A stretch of 63,335 nucleotides of DNA, filler included, from Lenisia limosa (lineage: Eukaryota > Protista > Breviatea): the NCBI GenBank assembly GCA_001655205.1. It is 9 parts of 9 records of this genome, joined end to end, with 100 filler letters (N's around TTAATTAATTAA, not from the genome) between each part and the next. Parts side by side here need not be neighbours in the genome. Positions count along the whole stretch, not along the records: positions 59,679 to 63,335 come from LPNZ01000720.1; 8 more parts are not named here. The stretch is one strand, 5' to 3'. The notes under the pieces were generated by a model that was given only the letters and a program-made list of their open reading frames with translations, searched no databases and was not told where the DNA came from. The translations under genes and the position numbers were made by a program. Positions within the stretch are counted from its first letter, which is position 1; each line of letters begins with the position of its first letter. This document shows, piece after piece, positions 59,679-63,335 of the stretch.

Positions 59679-61413
59679 ACATTTGCAGCTGTTCTTTGCC
59701 CGTCGCTAGCCATTAACAGTATGTTGGGAGGAAAGTCGTGTTTTGTAATATTCCAATTTCTTGCTTCTTCAAAATTTGGTACTCTTTTTGAACGAACTAT
59801 CTATAGTTCCTCTCCTGTGGAATAGTCCAAAATCATAGCGATCCTTAACGCTAAGAATTGCCATAATTTAATCTAAAGCAAGGTTTCAAATGGGAAGTTG
59901 TCTCAGCAGATGAATAATCGAAGAAAGGGGCGATTTATGAATGTTAATCAATATTGTATTGATGACTCAATAATGACTCTTAAGCCGATTTAAGAGCAAA
60001 GAGGCAAAAGTGGCGTAAATCACGTTCAATATGACGCGTAATGCTTCAGAATTGAAACTGTCAGTTCATCAGAGCTTTCCCTCAAAAGGTCATAGTGCAG
60101 TTCACACATACGCGATAGAGGCCGTTGTATCTTTTACAGAGAGATAGGCGCTAAATGTAGTGCTGGTTGGTTTTTACTTTTGAAAAACGTATTCATTTCC
60201 AGTATAACATGAACTCTGAAAGTCTTGTGCAAATACCAAAAATACAGTCACTAGTGAGTGTCCTCACTATTCGCCATTATTGCAGTAATTGTCGCAACAT
60301 TCGCGGAAAGAATAGCGTGCTTGGGATATCCGAGACAACTTTCCCGATTTGAAACCCTGCTATAACACTTGGATAAAAAGAATCACCCATTTAGTTTGTC
60401 TCTGGTGGAATCGTGCAAGTCTAAAGTGGGCCCTGGAAACTGTGGAAATAGGATTTTCACATCATATGTATAAAACTATTACTGCGGGAGGATGTGGACG
60501 GCTTTGGTCAGAGATATAGTTTCTTATCATATAGCTATCTCATAATAAAAATGTATGTTGTTCAATATTATATGATATGTAGAGATGAGAAATAAGATGG
60601 TGTTTACGCCACTGTAAAGCATATATAGGGCTTCTTTCATCCGATAAAGATCGAAATTTATCGTTCACAGTAAGGATACCCTAATCATTTAATATATAAA
60701 AGTAGTCTGTGCTGATACGGACTTTTTTCTATCCATAAATTTCCTAATTTTGCCCCCCCCCCCNNNNNNNNNNNNNNNNNNNNNNNNNNNNNNNNNNNNN
60801 NNNNNNNNNNNNNNNNNNNNNNNNNNNNNNNNNNNNNNNNNNNNNNNNNNNNNNNNNNNNNNNNNNNNNNNNNNNACCCCTTGCCTCGGGGCCTGGGTGG
60901 GAGCTTTTGTAATTCCCCTTGATTGGGATGAACCTTGGCAGGTTGGTGGGAGGCATGTTCATAAGAAATATTTATATTCTATAATCCAATATCTCTGATA
61001 ATCGTGATGGTGTGGACGGCTTTGGCCAGATACAACCTTATTTTTTATTTCTCATTGCGGGAGGGGGGGGGGCTATTTAGGTAGAAGCCGGTTACATTTT
61101 CGCAATATAACTGTGTATATGCTGTCATTTCGCTTACAATGAATTCTCGATAAATGCTGTTCTTGCCTCTGTGAGGTCTAAATTTCATGGAAACAGCACC
61201 AAACACCATCTAAAAGCATTCAAAAGTTTCTTTTGGAACCGAAAATGAAGCTCTACAATAAGCCTTACACTTTTAACGTCCATAAGCCTTACACTTTTAA
61301 CGTCCTTCAAGGTTCCCCCCATCCCTATGGTCTACGGCATTGCAGCGTTCAGGGTTTTTGCCCTCGTAGCGTCAGTTGTTTTGTGTTTTGTGAAAAAAGA
61401 AAAATTGGAATGA
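59679..61413 (+). CDS. PIGF: GPI ethanolamine-phosphate transferase subunit PIG-F (GPI11), 5'-partial
   Basis: Exon 60876-60942 PCLGAWVGAFVIPLDWDEPWQ carries the PIG-F signature GAWxGAxPIPLDWxxPWQ. The last exon is VPPIPMVYG...KKEKLE* (TGA 61411-61413). The upstream exon is probably TFAAVLCPSLAINSMLGG...FGTLFERTIY (59679-59820); this part is less certain. Confidence 0.78.
60979..61058 (+). repeat. Best-preserved copy of dispersed repeat family C (~60-85 nt, no TIR, GGC-TTYG-GCC core)
   Basis: ctataatccaatatctctgataatcgtgatggtgtggacggctttggccagatacaaccttattttttatttctcattgc. Other copies: 21534-21590, 42991-43056, 47301-47395 (tandem), 60491-60515, 61676-61706, 63046-63121, and a weak one at 25947-25971. 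Confidence 0.9.
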
Positions 61414-61529
61414 TAGAATATTTAATGTTTGTGGATAAATTGACAAATTGGGAGTTTGAAGGGTCTGAAATGGCGATTTTAGGACCAGAAAAGAATCCAT
61501 AAAAAGACTCATATAACACTACGGCGCAT

Positions 61530-63335
61530 CCACTTGGGATTCTTGAAACCAAACTCCCAGAGGGGTACAAACTTTTGACAATAAGAGGGTAAATAAATAA
61601 AAAAATTCCTGAAGGCAAAAGGGGTGGACTAGAACCGATCAAGAATGGTACCTAAGGTTCGATGAAGTAAACTATGTGGTATTGGGCGAAGCCGTCCACA
61701 CAATCATTTTTGAATCCAATCGTTCACTAAATTATACGACTGGCAGTGTGGCTTATAATACTCATATTTCATGAATCTATAGTTGCCCAAACTGCTGTGT
61801 TCAGCTAACTTTTTGTATTTAATAGTGATTCTGTAGGATTCCATTTTTCACTACCGCGCATCGACTTGGAATTCCCATAAATTTTTTCAAATTTCCATAC
61901 AATTCCATGGGATTCCCATATAAAATATGGGAATTCCAACGTTTTTCCTCTTTGCTTTGGCTATATAATGGTGAATTTTGAGACAGTAAACAAGCTCAAA
62001 TAGCACTGTCAACAATCCAAAATCGGGAAAGATTCTGCTGAATACATACTGCCTAGAACCTCCCTTGTTGTTGGGAGATTGTATCGCACAAGGCCCAGGT
62101 ATGGTTTCACTTCAGTTCGAAAGAAAAACCGAAATCATCGATAAATTTCTCAAATTATTGATACTTTAACGGTATTTTTCGGGGGTCTTAGGGACCCTAC
62201 ATCACATCTTTAAATACTGTGAATGAAACAATTAATAGTACAACAATAACACTAAGACCATAGAAGAAAAACACAATATACAGAAATACAAAAAAAGACG
62301 AACGGAGCGAACTAATAAACAAAAGAAGAAAACAGCGAACCAAATCATAGGTTATGTTAGCTAAGTGGATCCAGAGACATCATAATCGAAGCCAAGAATG
62401 AGGAAATCCTACAGAATATTAGGGTGTGATTCAATTTTTTTCCAAAAAATATATGCAAACTTTCATTCCCGGTTCAATTTTACTTAAAAATAATAAAATA
62501 AAATAAATATTTTTCAGTCGCACACTTAGAAAGTTTTCTTTTGCGAGACTTGGGATACCTATCTGTAGAGCTTCACTTCGGTTCGAAAAAAGACCGAATT
62601 TCTTGATGAATCCTCGAAAGCTCTCGTTATTTTCCCGAACCTCAGTGAAGCCTTACATATGATATGATGTGATCATATGTAGATTTGGGAATCAGAGAAG
62701 TTCTTGATTTCCATATCTACATGGAATCCAATGTTAACAGCGGGAACCTCAACTGTTCCATTGAAAACCCAAGACAATGCGCTGTTGCGCCCAAAGGCTT
62801 GACTTTACATTAGTTACATATGCATGCATCACAATAGCCCAGTCACCTGTCCGGATCAAAGGTGCTCATGCAGTCGGTTCGGAATTGGGTGGAATACGGC
62901 AGGACCATCGTTCGTATTGCGGACCTGTGGGATTGTGATTAGGCCTTCACTTATTTGCTGTAAGGTCTCGTCAGAAAAAAAACCTGTAAAAAATCGATAT
63001 TATTTGAGGATTTACCGAGAAATCATACATAATTATGTCACCGGACATGAGAAACAAAACAAGGTTGTATCTAGCCGAAGCCTTCCACACCATCACACTT
63101 ATAAGAGATATTGGATTAGAGTATTTGCACTGAGAACCCTCACCTCCTTCCATTCGCCTCCCCAACTTCCGCCGGTTCCGTTGAGGGGGTGTGCTGGGAC
63201 CTGGGGATATGATGGGCTAAGGACTTATTTTTGTCTATGTGTGTCTATGTGTGGATGGTGTGGATGGGTGCCAAAATCAACACTGTTGGCTATACGAAGG
63301 TTGAAAACACAAAAACAAAGCCCAGGCCAGTAGCT
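61530..63335 (-). CDS. Hypothetical multi-exon protein, 5'-partial
   Basis: Minus-strand splice sites give the in-frame join SAIRTMVLPYSTQFRTDCMSTFDPD|SQAFGRNSALSWVFNGTVEVPAVNIGFH. Other exons: PAHPLNGTGGSWGGEWKE and FVPLWEFGFKNPKWMRRSVI*. It may be more than one gene. Confidence 0.38.
61866..61939. mobile_element. 74-bp element with a perfect 14-bp TIR (TTGGAATTCCCATA)
   Basis: ttggaattcccata (61866-61879) ... tatgggaattccaa (61926-61939), with internal partial iterations. Confidence 0.55.
62102..62199. mobile_element. MITE-like family B, CACTTC subtype
   Basis: tggtttcacttcagttcgaaagaaaaaccg...cggtatttttcgggggtcttagggacccta. Confidence 0.6.
62566..62655. mobile_element. MITE-like family B, CACTTC subtype
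   Basis: tagagcttcacttcggttcg ... cgaacctcagtgaagcctta, ~20-bp imperfect TIR with TA ends. Confidence 0.72.

Noticed and set aside
59690-59860. Minus-strand kinase-like reading (ILDYSTGEEL*IVRSKR...HDFPPNILLM)
   Set aside because: It has an in-frame stop and lacks about 20 residues between the motifs. The plus strand is open and fits PIG-F. Probably coincidental, although a profile search would settle it.
61015-61037. Resemblance of the family C core (CGGCTTTGGCCAGATACAA) to U2 snRNA stem I
   Set aside because: The similarity is short and gapped. The U2 branch-point recognition sequence GTGTAGTA and the Sm site do not follow.

Overview
Eukaryotic, AT-rich, intron-dense draft sequence from a flagellated protist-like organism (CFAP251 and RSPH1 homologues are present; the taxon cannot be named from this window). 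The window is a mosaic: eight identical artificial 100-bp spacers (N44-TTAATTAATTAA-N44) join nine segments, so adjacency across them means nothing. Genes recognised by manual splicing are a copine, a Rap/Ran-GAP protein, SFSWAP, CFAP251/WDR66, battenin/CLN3, a secreted probably GPI-anchored protein, eIF1/SUI1, an SH3 protein, a Cys-rich multi-TM surface protein, a formate/nitrite transporter, RSPH1 and PIG-F, plus several hypothetical genes. Introns range from 33-41 nt to several hundred nt, and the long ones carry small repeats: four kinds of TIR element, two near-perfect long hairpins and several minisatellites. The two most unusual signals are (1) a ~60-85-nt non-TIR repeat with a GGC-TTCG-GCC hairpin core that lies in the same orientation relative to the host transcript in its six best intronic copies, and (2) a 77/78-bp identical inverted repeat pair in two CLN3 introns that brackets five exons. 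All gene models were built by eye, so most boundaries are approximate.
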